Positions 53,609-63,594 of a DNA stretch of 64,000 nt are shown here, in pieces. The position numbers and the translations under genes are program-made. The notes below the pieces were generated by a model. That model searched no databases. It was not told the DNA's origin and was given only the letters and a program-made list of their open reading frames with translations. How positions within the stretch are numbered: the stretch's first letter is position 1; each line of letters starts with the position of its first letter. The DNA lies in the IMG/VR virus record IMGVR_UViG_3300022751_000016, positions 78,451 to 142,450 of that record. One strand, 5' to 3'. This DNA is from a virus.

Positions 53609-54669
53609 TTAAAATATTCTTGTAAATTTATAGGGAATTCTGTAAATTTTGTTGCCTGTGGAAAATAATGCTCTCCTGTGTTTGGTAGTATTATCTGAGG
53701 TTCGCCTACGTCAGGAATAGTTAATAAAGGTATGTTTCCATAACCTTCTGTACTCATCGTATTGCCCTGTATTTCTGTAGGTTGCCAAGGAAAGTTTATT
53801 TGTCCTCTTTGACTTTTTATAATTCCACCTCCTCTGGCAATTGGAGCGTCTACGAAATTAGAAACTTCTACAAAAGTTTGTTCTATGCTTTTTTGAGTAG
53901 GAGCTGTTTGTTGCATTTGTGGTGCATTAAACTGTTGAGATATATTATTTCTTTGCTGATTCACCATTTCATCAATTAAATTCAACTCATTAGTTCTCTC
54001 AGTCAATATTTTCTCTGCTTCGACTTCTTTAGGAGTATCTTCTGATTTTGCAAAGGTAGTTCCTTCTTTACTTAAATCAAAATTGATTACTTTTTGTGTA
54101 ATTGGAGATTCTATGTTAATTACTTCTGCAACAGCCTCCACTGGCGGAGTATAAAAATCAGAATCTACTTTCTTTTTACCTCCTTCTATTCTTCTTGTGA
54201 GTTCATTATAAACTTCTTTATTAGTTCTAAGTTGTCCGCTTTTATTTAGAAAAACGCCTTTATTATATTTTAATTCTGCCTCTGTTGGGGTTACTCTCGC
54301 GTCAGGGTTAGATTGCAAAGACCTTAAAAATTTATTAGCTCCTCCCGCTCCTAAAAAGTGAGCAGCATACAATTCTGTACTATTTGGTTTCCTGCCTAAA
54401 GTATTTGTTATAGCTTGTTCATTATCTTTAGTAAATCTTTCTATTACTTTTTGCTGTTTCACTGGGTCATACCTGTCATCTGCTGTGTAATTTAATCCCA
54501 TCTTTTCTGTTACAGCTTTCCAAGTACCTTTTGTAAACTGATAAATTCCTGCCGCACTAGCTCCTTTTTGTGGATTTTTTATACTTTTCCCGCCTGATTC
54601 TGCTTGAGCCAGTTTTGCATAAAATGAAGGGTCTATTTCTCCAACTTGTTTGTACTTTAATAAACTCAT
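53605..54669 (-). CDS. virion-associated lytic transglycosylase (SLT/lysozyme-like)
   Basis: AQAESGG, ASAAGIYQF..TW and LYAAHFLGAGGA motifs. Confidence 0.85.
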   Translation of the reverse strand: MSLLKYKQVGEIDPSFYAKLAQAESGGKSIKNPQKGASAAGIYQFTKGTWKAVTEKMGLNYTADDRYDPVKQQKVIERFTKDNEQAITNTLGRKPNSTELYAAHFLGAGGANKFLRSLQSNPDARVTPTEAELKYNKGVFLNKSGQLRTNKEVYNELTRRIEGGKKKVDSDFYTPPVEAVAEVINIESPITQKVINFDLSKEGTTFAKSEDTPKEVEAEKILTERTNELNLIDEMVNQQRNNISQQFNAPQMQQTAPTQKSIEQTFVEVSNFVDAPIARGGGIIKSQRGQINFPWQPTEIQGNTMSTEGYGNIPLLTIPDVGEPQIILPNTGEHYFPQATKFTEFPINLQEYFK

Positions 54670-55589
54670 ATTTTCTCTTGTTGTACTGTATTCTTTAAAA
54701 TAACCATGTGTTGTGAATCTGTAAACTCCATTCTTAACATAAAATAATTTCCTCTCATTCTCTCTAAATTTGCTTTTCCTTTAAAGGCTACTGCATGTGG
54801 ATTTATTATTTTATTTATTCTCACATTGTCATTATTCCATATTTCAACATTATTATCTTGGTTCTTTACGCGATTAAAGAAATAGTTAAATCTTTGATAT
54901 TCATCACTCACTGTTGAAATAATGTCTTGAGTATTGTCAGCATTAGTTTTAGGGTATTTAGCCGTTTGGGTTAAACTTTTTTCTAATTTAAGGTTTAATC
55001 TTCCTGAATTATTTGTAGAATTATAGACAGTTACTTCTGAAAATCCTATATTTTTATTTACAGCATAATCATACTCATTTTGATATCTTCTAGGTTCTAA
55101 TCCAATTTTAACAGATTCTAATACTTTTGTCACATATTGATTCTTAACAGGTATTTCTGCAATAAAAGGATACTTTTCACCGTAAAAAACACAATAAGAT
55201 TTATTTGTTAATAGATGACTATTCAAAGTTCCTGTCCAAGTGCTGTTTTTAAAGTAATTTAAGCCTGTTTGAAAGTAATTGTTATGGTTTACATAGTAAT
55301 CAGGTTTAAAACTAAAATAACTGCCCCATTGCCCTTCTGTCGGTTTATAAGATACTGTCCAACTAGCTTCTTCAAAATAATCAGTATTATTAAAATCTAT
55401 TTTTGTTTTTATTTGTGTAAACACTGGTTCTACTGAATCTATGCAACTACAAACTATGTTATCATCTATTAAGATTGGTTCGCAATTCTCAGGACAAACT
55501 ACATCGGAGATAATGTCTACACATGTGCATAGAACAATACCTCCTTGTGTTTCTTGTGTACATTCATTATTTTCGCAAGTGCAAGTCAT
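54666..55589 (-). CDS. C-terminal part of the tail stabilisation ('muzzle'-like) protein, encoded as a separate gene
   Basis: SWTVSY..WGSYFSFKPDYY..N..F and RMRG.Y segments typical of the C-terminus of crAss-related stabilisation proteins; Cys-rich N-terminus. Confidence 0.6.
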   Translation of the reverse strand: MTCTCENNECTQETQGGIVLCTCVDIISDVVCPENCEPILIDDNIVCSCIDSVEPVFTQIKTKIDFNNTDYFEEASWTVSYKPTEGQWGSYFSFKPDYYVNHNNYFQTGLNYFKNSTWTGTLNSHLLTNKSYCVFYGEKYPFIAEIPVKNQYVTKVLESVKIGLEPRRYQNEYDYAVNKNIGFSEVTVYNSTNNSGRLNLKLEKSLTQTAKYPKTNADNTQDIISTVSDEYQRFNYFFNRVKNQDNNVEIWNNDNVRINKIINPHAVAFKGKANLERMRGNYFMLRMEFTDSQHMVILKNTVQQEKI

Positions 55590-55602
55590 CTTATTTTATT
55601 TT

Positions 55603-58600
55603 TTATTCGCATATTTCATCTAAAGCGGTAATAATTTGTGTAACTCCTCCGTTAGCAATCACACCTCCTGTAACTGTTGCTAAATTCTGTAATATAGGTT
55701 TAGTTGTAGAATTAACATTTAATAACATTACCTTAATTCCTTTGTCTATACAACTTTGTGTTATTGCAGCTATCTCTCCTGTAACGCTTTCATTAGTTTC
55801 TGCATCTGTTGCTATAATTACTAATTTAGATACTGTTGGTCTAAATGCACCAGCTATATCAAAATCTACAACTCTGGTTAAGCCGTATGTTGCAGGTTCT
55901 GGAGTATCTCCACCACTACCTAGCGGGAAAAAGGAGGTGTTTAAAACATCCAATTGACCACCAAAACTTAGTTCATTATTCAAATCAAATTTTTCAACTG
56001 TTGTAATGTACTTATACAGTTCATTTCCTATTGTTGACTTATAGATATGTTTTTGGTCGGATGGTAAGCTTGTATAACCTCCTGATGCTCCGTAGTTACT
56101 AGGAATAGCATCGGTATTCTCATCAAAAAGAGTTAATGATAATCTGTAATCTCCCTCTGATTTTTCTACAATTTTAGCTACAATTGTTGAGATGTTTGTT
56201 TTTAAACTATTAATTGTAGTTCCCATACTTCCTGTATAGTCCATTAAGAATGCTACGTCCATACCTGCATTACATGGAATAAAAGTGCTTTCAACTTTAA
56301 CTACTACATTCACTGGTTCTCCCATACAATCTCCTAATGTTGGTGTAATTATGTAAGTGGATGTTCCCTCTCCTGTAATTACTTGATTAATTGTACTTCC
56401 TGTTCCTGATACAGCTCCTGTTGTTCCTGAATTATTCACCGTCCATGAGAAAGTTGTACCTGTTTGTTCACTAGTTAATTCTATAATTGCCGCACTTCCA
56501 CTTTCAATTGTTAAACTGGTTGGAGTTACTACTAAATTTGGTGTTTCATTAACTGTTACTACTACATTAGTTGGAGTACCTTCACAACCACTCTCTATTT
56601 CAAATGGCGTCACTGTATAAACTACTGTTCCTCTTCCTATTAAAGTTTGATTTATACTCATTCCACTTCCAGATGTTGCTCCTGTTACTCCATCTTGAAC
56701 TGCTGTCCAATTAAATGATACTCCTGTTGATGTACTTGTTAATTCTATTCCAGTTTCTGCTCCACTACATACTATTTGCGATGGAGTTGTGACATCTGCT
56801 GTACATGTACACTCTGCTTCTGTCACTGTAGTTAAGGTACAGGTTTGTGCTTCGCTGTCATAGATATAACCGTCTGGGCATAAAGGTGGTGTCAATACTG
56901 TGCGTTCACACATATTAGTGATTCCGTTATATGTATATCCGTCTGGGCATGTCACTCCTTCTTCGCCGCAATCTGTATAAAATCCGTCCTCTTCTGAATA
57001 CTTTAGACAATCTGTATTTTTTACAATATAGTCCTTTTTAGTTATGAACACTCTATCGAAGCGAGCATCCCAACCCATAGATATGCCAATACCTTTAAAT
57101 TTATTATCTATATCTATATCAGGAAATGTTCTTAATATTTTGAATGGTAATTGTTCTCTAAACCAATTTTTTAATCCACTATCTCTTCCACCAATAACAT
57201 CTGATATAGGTTGTAAATCTCTTCCATTTTGGTCTAATTGGAATATTTTCCCTCTCTTAGCATCCACTGTAAAATGTCCGTAAGGTGTGCTAGACATGTC
57301 TGTATGCTGTGTTCCTGCGAATCCTAAATCTGTAGCTTTGAAGTCAATTGGTCTTTTTGTAAATATTCCACCTGTACCTATTTCTACTAAGCTTGGAGAC
57401 AATTCATTAGCTAAATTATCCACTGCATTAAATAACACTTGTTGATTTTCAAATCTCCCTAATATTTGAGCTGATTCTAAGTCTCTAAGGCTTATTAGCT
57501 TACCATATTTTTTAGGGAATTCATATCTATCTAATGGTCTATAAATCAACCAAGGGTCAACTAAATCATTCTCTGAGTTATCGGGTAGCGAATATATCAC
57601 TCCATTTTCGGAATCATCTTTCTTGTCCCAAACTTCTTTCGAATATGTTCTGTCTAAAATAGTGTATGGTGATTTGTAAACAGGTAAGGAATATACATTA
57701 TTATAATAAAAAGTGTTTGGTTCTTTTATTGAAACATTTTTCTCTTGTACCCAATTTAATAAATCTCCTGATTGAGGATAGAATTGGTCTTTAGGTTGTG
57801 TTAATCCATATCTAAAATTGCAGTTTATTTCACTCTCTACTAAGTAATTTGCAATACCATAATAATACAAATAAAACTTAGACGGTTTTTTAATATAGAA
57901 CTGCCCCCTATTAAAACAATCTAGTTCATAATTACTATCAATATCTGGAAATAATGCGCTGGATAAATTATCTCCTCCTCCATTTTCATAATCTACATAA
58001 TACTTAGCTTTTGCTATATTTTGATAGTTAGAATATTTGAAAGGAAGTTTGTCAGGAAGTCCAAAAGCTGTCTTATTGAATAACTGTATTTTTCTTTTAT
58101 AAGTAAATCTAGAAATAAAAACCGTTCCTCCATAAATTACTTCGCATGAATTATCCGTTGATAAATCTGAAAAATAGTTTGTCGTTAACCACTGTATTGA
58201 ATCTATAGTTCCATACTGAGAAGGAAGATAGTTTTTAAGTGTAAAATATGGACTACCTGCATTTCTTATAACTTCTGTATTATCACATCCATTTTGTGAG
58301 GCTATAGTTCTACTACCTGACTCAGAATTTGTTGTATTATTATCATAAAACTTATATGTGTCGTTGTATTCAAACTCGTAATTTCCTAAAGATGTAAAAA
58401 CAGAATTTTCTCTGCTAAAATTATTTATAGAAATAGGTTCTCCTGAATGTTCATCGGTAAATATAAAATTACCTTCTCTTAAATATTTCTTAACAGATAA
58501 AGCTCTCACATAATTTTCTTCATCTTGATTTCTCAAAAACTTGTTATGATATCCTTCCGAAGCAAAAACACTTGCAAATATTTCTGGTGAACCTAAATCT

Positions 58601-61600
58601 CTAATAGTTGTTAGCCACTGTAGTCTATATTTACCTATCCTCATAACAGAGCTTACACCATATCCTGCGGCAGCTATTCCTGCACCTACAGAACCTAAAC
58701 TAGCTCCACTAGATAATCCCGCAACAAACCAAGTTTGAGCTATTAATTCTGATGATTTTATAACTGCTTCTAATACAGCTTCTATTGTTGCCAAAGTGGT
58801 AGCTGTTCTCTTTGCATTATTTGATAAAATAACCCATCTTGAATGCTCTTCAACATCTTGAAAATATCCTCTTGAATTACCTAATTGATACCCTGACAAA
58901 ACCATTTCTGTTGGTAACGCAGGTTTAGAGTATATAAGTTCTGGTGAAATTAATGAAAATTTACTGTTAGAGTTTCCTCCGTTCGGATGCTCTATTAGGT
59001 TATTATTTTCTGTGTGGAGTAAATCTCTCCCTAAATCATTGTGCGGATAATTTGCATAAAATACGTCTTTATTCTTCTCTGTGTATTTGTACATGTCGTA
59101 TCCTAAAGCATTTGTTATAATACTTTTGTTTACAGAGTTATCTCCTTTTAATATTTCAAATCCTGTTATTGTATTTCTTTTTTCTTGCGATATTAAGCTA
59201 TTCCTAACGGCGATATCTAAGAATGTGTTAACTATATTATTACTTAAATGCACACCTAATGGAAAAATCAAAGCCTCTGAAAAATTAACAGTGTTTTGAA
59301 AGTTCATAAAGGGGCTCACCTTATTGTCAGGAAATTTAAAATGTCTGATAGGTTTACATTGTAAATTTGTATCTTCTTTTAAAGTGTAATTTATTCCATT
59401 TTTTGTTTGTACAAAATAATTTTCAAAATCTGTTCTTTGACTGCTTGTTAAATTAACTAAATCGGGACTTTGTATTTTTAACTTTGAAGAGTCATACAAC
59501 TCTGCATTGTCAGGGTATGTTGCCAAACTTTCCCAGTATGCCGATTTTCCACTAGCATAAGGAATAGGGTCACAATCATTTACTTCTGGTAATAAATAAT
59601 CACAATTCGCTACATAAACTTGTCTTTTATCAATTGTTATTCCCTCAAAATCCACAACTACTTGTGAAAATTCTATATCTCTGGTAGCTACAGAAAAACA
59701 TCCACATGGTGGAGCTGTTCTGTAAACTGTATTGTCTGCGCAGTTCTGACGTTGAATCAAAGGTACATCAATAGCTACATAGAAAGAACTTGAAGGAAAT
59801 CCTGCCAAGTCTTCCATTATAAGTAACTCACCAACTGTAGAATCTATTACTTTTGATGTCTGAATTGAAGTAGATACTATTGGAGAAGTTGAAGAACAAC
59901 TGGAATAAAAAGTGTATCTCAACTTATTCATAGCAGGTATATCGTCTATATCATCAGCACAAGTACTAGTTTTAGTAATTTCAAATACTAATTTCTCTCT
60001 GTTATTTCTTTCTATTTTAAACCATACAGCTCCCTTATGTAAATTAGTTTGAAAATCTGTCGCTGCTACAGATATTTTAGGTGTTAATAGTTCTGCAATT
60101 GTTATGCCTCCATAATAATTATTAAAATAAGGTTGAGGAGGAGATGCAGGGTCTAATCCATTAGGTACAACTTGCGCATATATGCAATTTTCATTTACAG
60201 GTATACTTGCTCTAAAATAAGCTTTTTGGTACTGATTGGGGAAAGGAAAATTGTCACAATCCATGTACTGCTCTTCAAAACTGGTATCTCTTTTGTTTAC
60301 TAATCTTCCATCACTGTTAACCTCAGTTCTGTATAAGACGCAATTGTCTGGAGCAAGTGTTGGAATATACTCACTTTGTGATTTTTCTGTGTATATCGAA
60401 TTCTCATTTATTACAGTTCCTATAGAATTGTTAGACGAAATTAATACAGGATTGTCGCACTCTCCTTCAAATAAAGGAGTACAATTATCAGCTATGTATT
60501 CAGAACTTAATGCATTTGCTACTTCAGCTAAATATTTATCTGAGTTAGGGTCTGTAACCTCCTCTAAATTATCGTTTATATAAGATTTTAAATTTGTATA
60601 GTTATCATCTAAAGAAAGTACATAACTATTTTGTGGTATTGTATATACAGGTTCAATTATACAGCTTCTTTCTGTTGATTCTGTTATTATTGTACCTCCT
60701 TCTGTAAAATCTGTACAAACTTTGTCTTGAGTGGCGGTATTATATACTTGCCATCTGTATTTTCTATCTGATTGACTACAATTTGGTGAGTTTTCCCAAA
60801 TAGACTTTAGATTTGTGTCATCTGTTTTTGTTTCACCAGATTCAATGTAAGTTAAATCTTCTAAATCTGTAGATAACGCAGGTCTTGAAACTAATGGAAA
60901 ATTGGAAGAATACCCCCCATCTTTATATAGAAATCTTATAGCATACGGTTGTACTTCATCTCGCATATTACCTTTATACTTAGATGTAGCTATAGCTGAC
61001 TTATATAAATTTTCATTTGCAACAGAACTCTGCCATTGCAGAAAAGCTCCCATTAAATTAACGACTGGTTGTAAATTGTCTTGTTTTTTGGCAGTTAACC
61101 CATATCTAAATAGATAATTATTTGATGAAACTACTCCTCTAGACTTTTCAAATTTAGTTTTTACTGCAAGTAAGTTATCAATAGTTGTTCTAGGCTTTGG
61201 ACTTACAATATCTGAATTAAGATTATTTTGTCCTATAGACGCTGAAGTAGTGTATAATATGGTATCGTCAGTGGTTGGGTGAATTCCTTCTACATAATAT
61301 GACTCTGTATTGGCTAAATTAACTCTTTCTATTACAATTACTTTATAGTACTTAAATCTAACATCTAAGTCTAAAACCTTTATTTTTATAGCAAAGCTAG
61401 TGAGTTGATTTAATTCTTGCTGGGTTAATATGTTATTATTTTCATCAAATATTGAAATAGGGTTTGTAGGTGTGGAATATTGAGTAATCTCATTGCCTGC
61501 AATATCACAATAGGCTATAGAGAAACTATAAGTTCCTTGCTTTAAATTTCCTCCTATTTGTAAAGTTTCTGGCTCTAATTTAGGTATCGTATAGTTTGGA

Positions 61601-62241
61601 GATAATAGTAATTTTTCAACATCTATACAAGTTGGATTTCTTAAATCTTCTCCGCATATTATTTCTCCTGTGTATTTATAATAATCAATATCATCAACAT
61701 TAAGATATCTGTCTGGATTTCTATTATCTGCCCAATATAAAACAGTTCCTAACTTTTCTGTTTTTATTTCTATATTGCGAATTGGAAAATTTATATTTAA
61801 ATTCAGGTCTCCATTACAGTTGTCATTAAGCATCTCTACATATGTGTGAGAAGGGACTTGTGTTTGATTTTCTAAAGGTTCTGAAAGTATTTTAAAATAA
61901 TTACAATCTTCACATTCTATTTCTGCGTCAGAGGTAGACTGTAAATTTTGAATATTTGAAACATATCCTATTGAAGAATAGCTAGATGTTGGGTTAGTAA
62001 GTATAAAATATGTCCTGTCGGAGTTTATATCACTTCTATAACCTAAAACCTTATATCCTTCTGGAAATCTTACTGTAAGTAAATTTGAAGGTTCGTTTAT
62101 TAAGTTAATTCTGTCACCTAAAAAATCTTCTGTATTACCATTAAGCATGAAAGAATATACCTTTTCATCTAAAAGATGTTCGGATATCTCTCTATTCATA
62201 CCCATTTTAGGTATATTGTTAGTTATTTGCTCTTTAGCCAT
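55603..62241 (-). CDS. tail stabilisation ('muzzle'-like) protein with C-terminal PKD-like repeats and vWA domain
   Basis: 2212 aa; GMNR, LYWADNRNP.R, GGNLKQGTY, MRDEV, IRHFKFPD, GG..FI motifs; CPDGY x2, F.WT beta-sandwich x2, DYTGSM MIDAS motif. Confidence 0.75.
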   Translation of the reverse strand: MAKEQITNNIPKMGMNREISEHLLDEKVYSFMLNGNTEDFLGDRINLINEPSNLLTVRFPEGYKVLGYRSDINSDRTYFILTNPTSSYSSIGYVSNIQNLQSTSDAEIECEDCNYFKILSEPLENQTQVPSHTYVEMLNDNCNGDLNLNINFPIRNIEIKTEKLGTVLYWADNRNPDRYLNVDDIDYYKYTGEIICGEDLRNPTCIDVEKLLLSPNYTIPKLEPETLQIGGNLKQGTYSFSIAYCDIAGNEITQYSTPTNPISIFDENNNILTQQELNQLTSFAIKIKVLDLDVRFKYYKVIVIERVNLANTESYYVEGIHPTTDDTILYTTSASIGQNNLNSDIVSPKPRTTIDNLLAVKTKFEKSRGVVSSNNYLFRYGLTAKKQDNLQPVVNLMGAFLQWQSSVANENLYKSAIATSKYKGNMRDEVQPYAIRFLYKDGGYSSNFPLVSRPALSTDLEDLTYIESGETKTDDTNLKSIWENSPNCSQSDRKYRWQVYNTATQDKVCTDFTEGGTIITESTERSCIIEPVYTIPQNSYVLSLDDNYTNLKSYINDNLEEVTDPNSDKYLAEVANALSSEYIADNCTPLFEGECDNPVLISSNNSIGTVINENSIYTEKSQSEYIPTLAPDNCVLYRTEVNSDGRLVNKRDTSFEEQYMDCDNFPFPNQYQKAYFRASIPVNENCIYAQVVPNGLDPASPPQPYFNNYYGGITIAELLTPKISVAATDFQTNLHKGAVWFKIERNNREKLVFEITKTSTCADDIDDIPAMNKLRYTFYSSCSSTSPIVSTSIQTSKVIDSTVGELLIMEDLAGFPSSSFYVAIDVPLIQRQNCADNTVYRTAPPCGCFSVATRDIEFSQVVVDFEGITIDKRQVYVANCDYLLPEVNDCDPIPYASGKSAYWESLATYPDNAELYDSSKLKIQSPDLVNLTSSQRTDFENYFVQTKNGINYTLKEDTNLQCKPIRHFKFPDNKVSPFMNFQNTVNFSEALIFPLGVHLSNNIVNTFLDIAVRNSLISQEKRNTITGFEILKGDNSVNKSIITNALGYDMYKYTEKNKDVFYANYPHNDLGRDLLHTENNNLIEHPNGGNSNSKFSLISPELIYSKPALPTEMVLSGYQLGNSRGYFQDVEEHSRWVILSNNAKRTATTLATIEAVLEAVIKSSELIAQTWFVAGLSSGASLGSVGAGIAAAGYGVSSVMRIGKYRLQWLTTIRDLGSPEIFASVFASEGYHNKFLRNQDEENYVRALSVKKYLREGNFIFTDEHSGEPISINNFSRENSVFTSLGNYEFEYNDTYKFYDNNTTNSESGSRTIASQNGCDNTEVIRNAGSPYFTLKNYLPSQYGTIDSIQWLTTNYFSDLSTDNSCEVIYGGTVFISRFTYKRKIQLFNKTAFGLPDKLPFKYSNYQNIAKAKYYVDYENGGGDNLSSALFPDIDSNYELDCFNRGQFYIKKPSKFYLYYYGIANYLVESEINCNFRYGLTQPKDQFYPQSGDLLNWVQEKNVSIKEPNTFYYNNVYSLPVYKSPYTILDRTYSKEVWDKKDDSENGVIYSLPDNSENDLVDPWLIYRPLDRYEFPKKYGKLISLRDLESAQILGRFENQQVLFNAVDNLANELSPSLVEIGTGGIFTKRPIDFKATDLGFAGTQHTDMSSTPYGHFTVDAKRGKIFQLDQNGRDLQPISDVIGGRDSGLKNWFREQLPFKILRTFPDIDIDNKFKGIGISMGWDARFDRVFITKKDYIVKNTDCLKYSEEDGFYTDCGEEGVTCPDGYTYNGITNMCERTVLTPPLCPDGYIYDSEAQTCTLTTVTEAECTCTADVTTPSQIVCSGAETGIELTSTSTGVSFNWTAVQDGVTGATSGSGMSINQTLIGRGTVVYTVTPFEIESGCEGTPTNVVVTVNETPNLVVTPTSLTIESGSAAIIELTSEQTGTTFSWTVNNSGTTGAVSGTGSTINQVITGEGTSTYIITPTLGDCMGEPVNVVVKVESTFIPCNAGMDVAFLMDYTGSMGTTINSLKTNISTIVAKIVEKSEGDYRLSLTLFDENTDAIPSNYGASGGYTSLPSDQKHIYKSTIGNELYKYITTVEKFDLNNELSFGGQLDVLNTSFFPLGSGGDTPEPATYGLTRVVDFDIAGAFRPTVSKLVIIATDAETNESVTGEIAAITQSCIDKGIKVMLLNVNSTTKPILQNLATVTGGVIANGGVTQIITALDEICE

Positions 62242-63110
62242 TAAATTTTAGGTAATTTGAATCTATTAAAATTTATTCTATTTTGTAATCTGGCTTTCCC
62301 TTTCCAACTTCCATCGGCTATTGTTTTGAATTTAGAAGCGGTCATGGCTAGTGAAAAATAATTATCTGCTTCTGCTTTATAGAAAGATAATAATTGTGCT
62401 GTAGCTCCTGGATTACGTCCATTACCTATCCACCCTAGAATCAGTTTGTATTTTACAAAATTTTCAAGGTATTGTTCTAAACTTAATATTTCAGGAATTA
62501 ATATCTCTCCGTCCTCATCTTCATCCAATCCGTAATACTGTAAGTAGACAAGTCCTGAATTGAAGTTAGTCTGTAAAGTATTTCCTGTAATGGATATTTC
62601 ATAGCAGTTTTTATCTCTAATATTCTTAGAAATATTTAAACAATCTGCTGATATACTATCTCTCTTCATACCTTTAACCACTTTAAGCCATTGAGCATTA
62701 TAACACACTCTTGCAGTTCCTGTTTTTAAAGTCACTATTTCCTCTATAATTTTTGCATTGCAACTCTTAACATATTCTAAACTAACGTCGTTAAAATAAG
62801 CTCCATGTTCTATTCTTTTTCTGCTGTAATATGAACCTCTGTATTCTTCATCAGAGCATCCTTCTAAAACTCTTCCAAAAGGCTCTACTTTTAAAGCTAA
62901 TTTAAGATTTTTAAAATTGTTTTCAAAAGTATATTGGGAATTTTTAATGTCAACAACTTTTTCGTGAACGGTTAGAATATTATTACCAAATCTCTTTAAT
63001 TCATTTGTTACCCATCTCAATATCGAACCTGTGTCTATATCCCCACTTTCTGCATATGTAGAAAAATCATTTTCAATCTCTGATATAAATTCACTAAGCC
63101 TTGTTGCCAT
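62241..63110 (-). CDS. tail ring/tubular protein (putative)
   Basis: 289 aa; LQTNFNSGLVYLQYYGL.EDEDGEILIPE; lies upstream of the stabilisation protein. Confidence 0.6.
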   Translation of the reverse strand: MATRLSEFISEIENDFSTYAESGDIDTGSILRWVTNELKRFGNNILTVHEKVVDIKNSQYTFENNFKNLKLALKVEPFGRVLEGCSDEEYRGSYYSRKRIEHGAYFNDVSLEYVKSCNAKIIEEIVTLKTGTARVCYNAQWLKVVKGMKRDSISADCLNISKNIRDKNCYEISITGNTLQTNFNSGLVYLQYYGLDEDEDGEILIPEILSLEQYLENFVKYKLILGWIGNGRNPGATAQLLSFYKAEADNYFSLAMTASKFKTIADGSWKGKARLQNRINFNRFKLPKI

Positions 63111-63594
63111 TTTTTCTATTGTTAATTTGTCTAGTTTCCAAACTAGCTTTTTTTAATTTTTTTACCGCCGAATAAAATAATTTATATTTTTTCCCCGCTT
63201 TTATTTGGTTTCTAATTTTTAGAACTAAAAAATAATTAAATGTCTTATTCATAGTCCAATTTTTAAAAGTTGTGTTAGACACATCTCCAAAAAAATAAGG
63301 ATAGTATCTTTTAGCAGGAATAAAGCTCTTTAAACTGGAATCATACATATTATATCTAACTGTTTTTTTTAGTGTCTCAAACACTGCAAAATAGCCTAAA
63401 TTTTCTATAAACACTCCTCCTTCTGACTCAACAATTAATTCATGTAAAGCTAACATTAGCCCACCAACAGCTTTTTCGAAATGTTCAAATTGATAAATTC
63501 CTTTTGCTGTCTTTTTTCTATTCTTCTTATAGTAGTCATAGAATTCTCTATCTTTTAAAGATATACTGTCTATTATTTGTTTATCTCCCCTCAA
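63094..63594 (-). CDS. IHF/HU-like DNA-binding protein (putative)
   Basis: FYDYYK..ELIVE..GVFIENLGYF.V pattern; basic; lies in the tail module as in crAss-related phages. Confidence 0.5.
   Translation of the reverse strand: MRGDKQIIDSISLKDREFYDYYKKNRKKTAKGIYQFEHFEKAVGGLMLALHELIVESEGGVFIENLGYFAVFETLKKTVRYNMYDSSLKSFIPAKRYYPYFFGDVSNTTFKNWTMNKTFNYFLVLKIRNQIKAGKKYKLFYSAVKKLKKASLETRQINNRKNGNKA

Noticed and set aside
55587-55605. Read-through or programmed frameshift joining the 2212-aa and 307-aa ORFs
   Set aside because: The 13-nt spacer puts them out of frame and is an A-rich initiation region before a good ATG, so two separate genes is the simpler reading. A frameshift cannot be fully excluded without proteomics.
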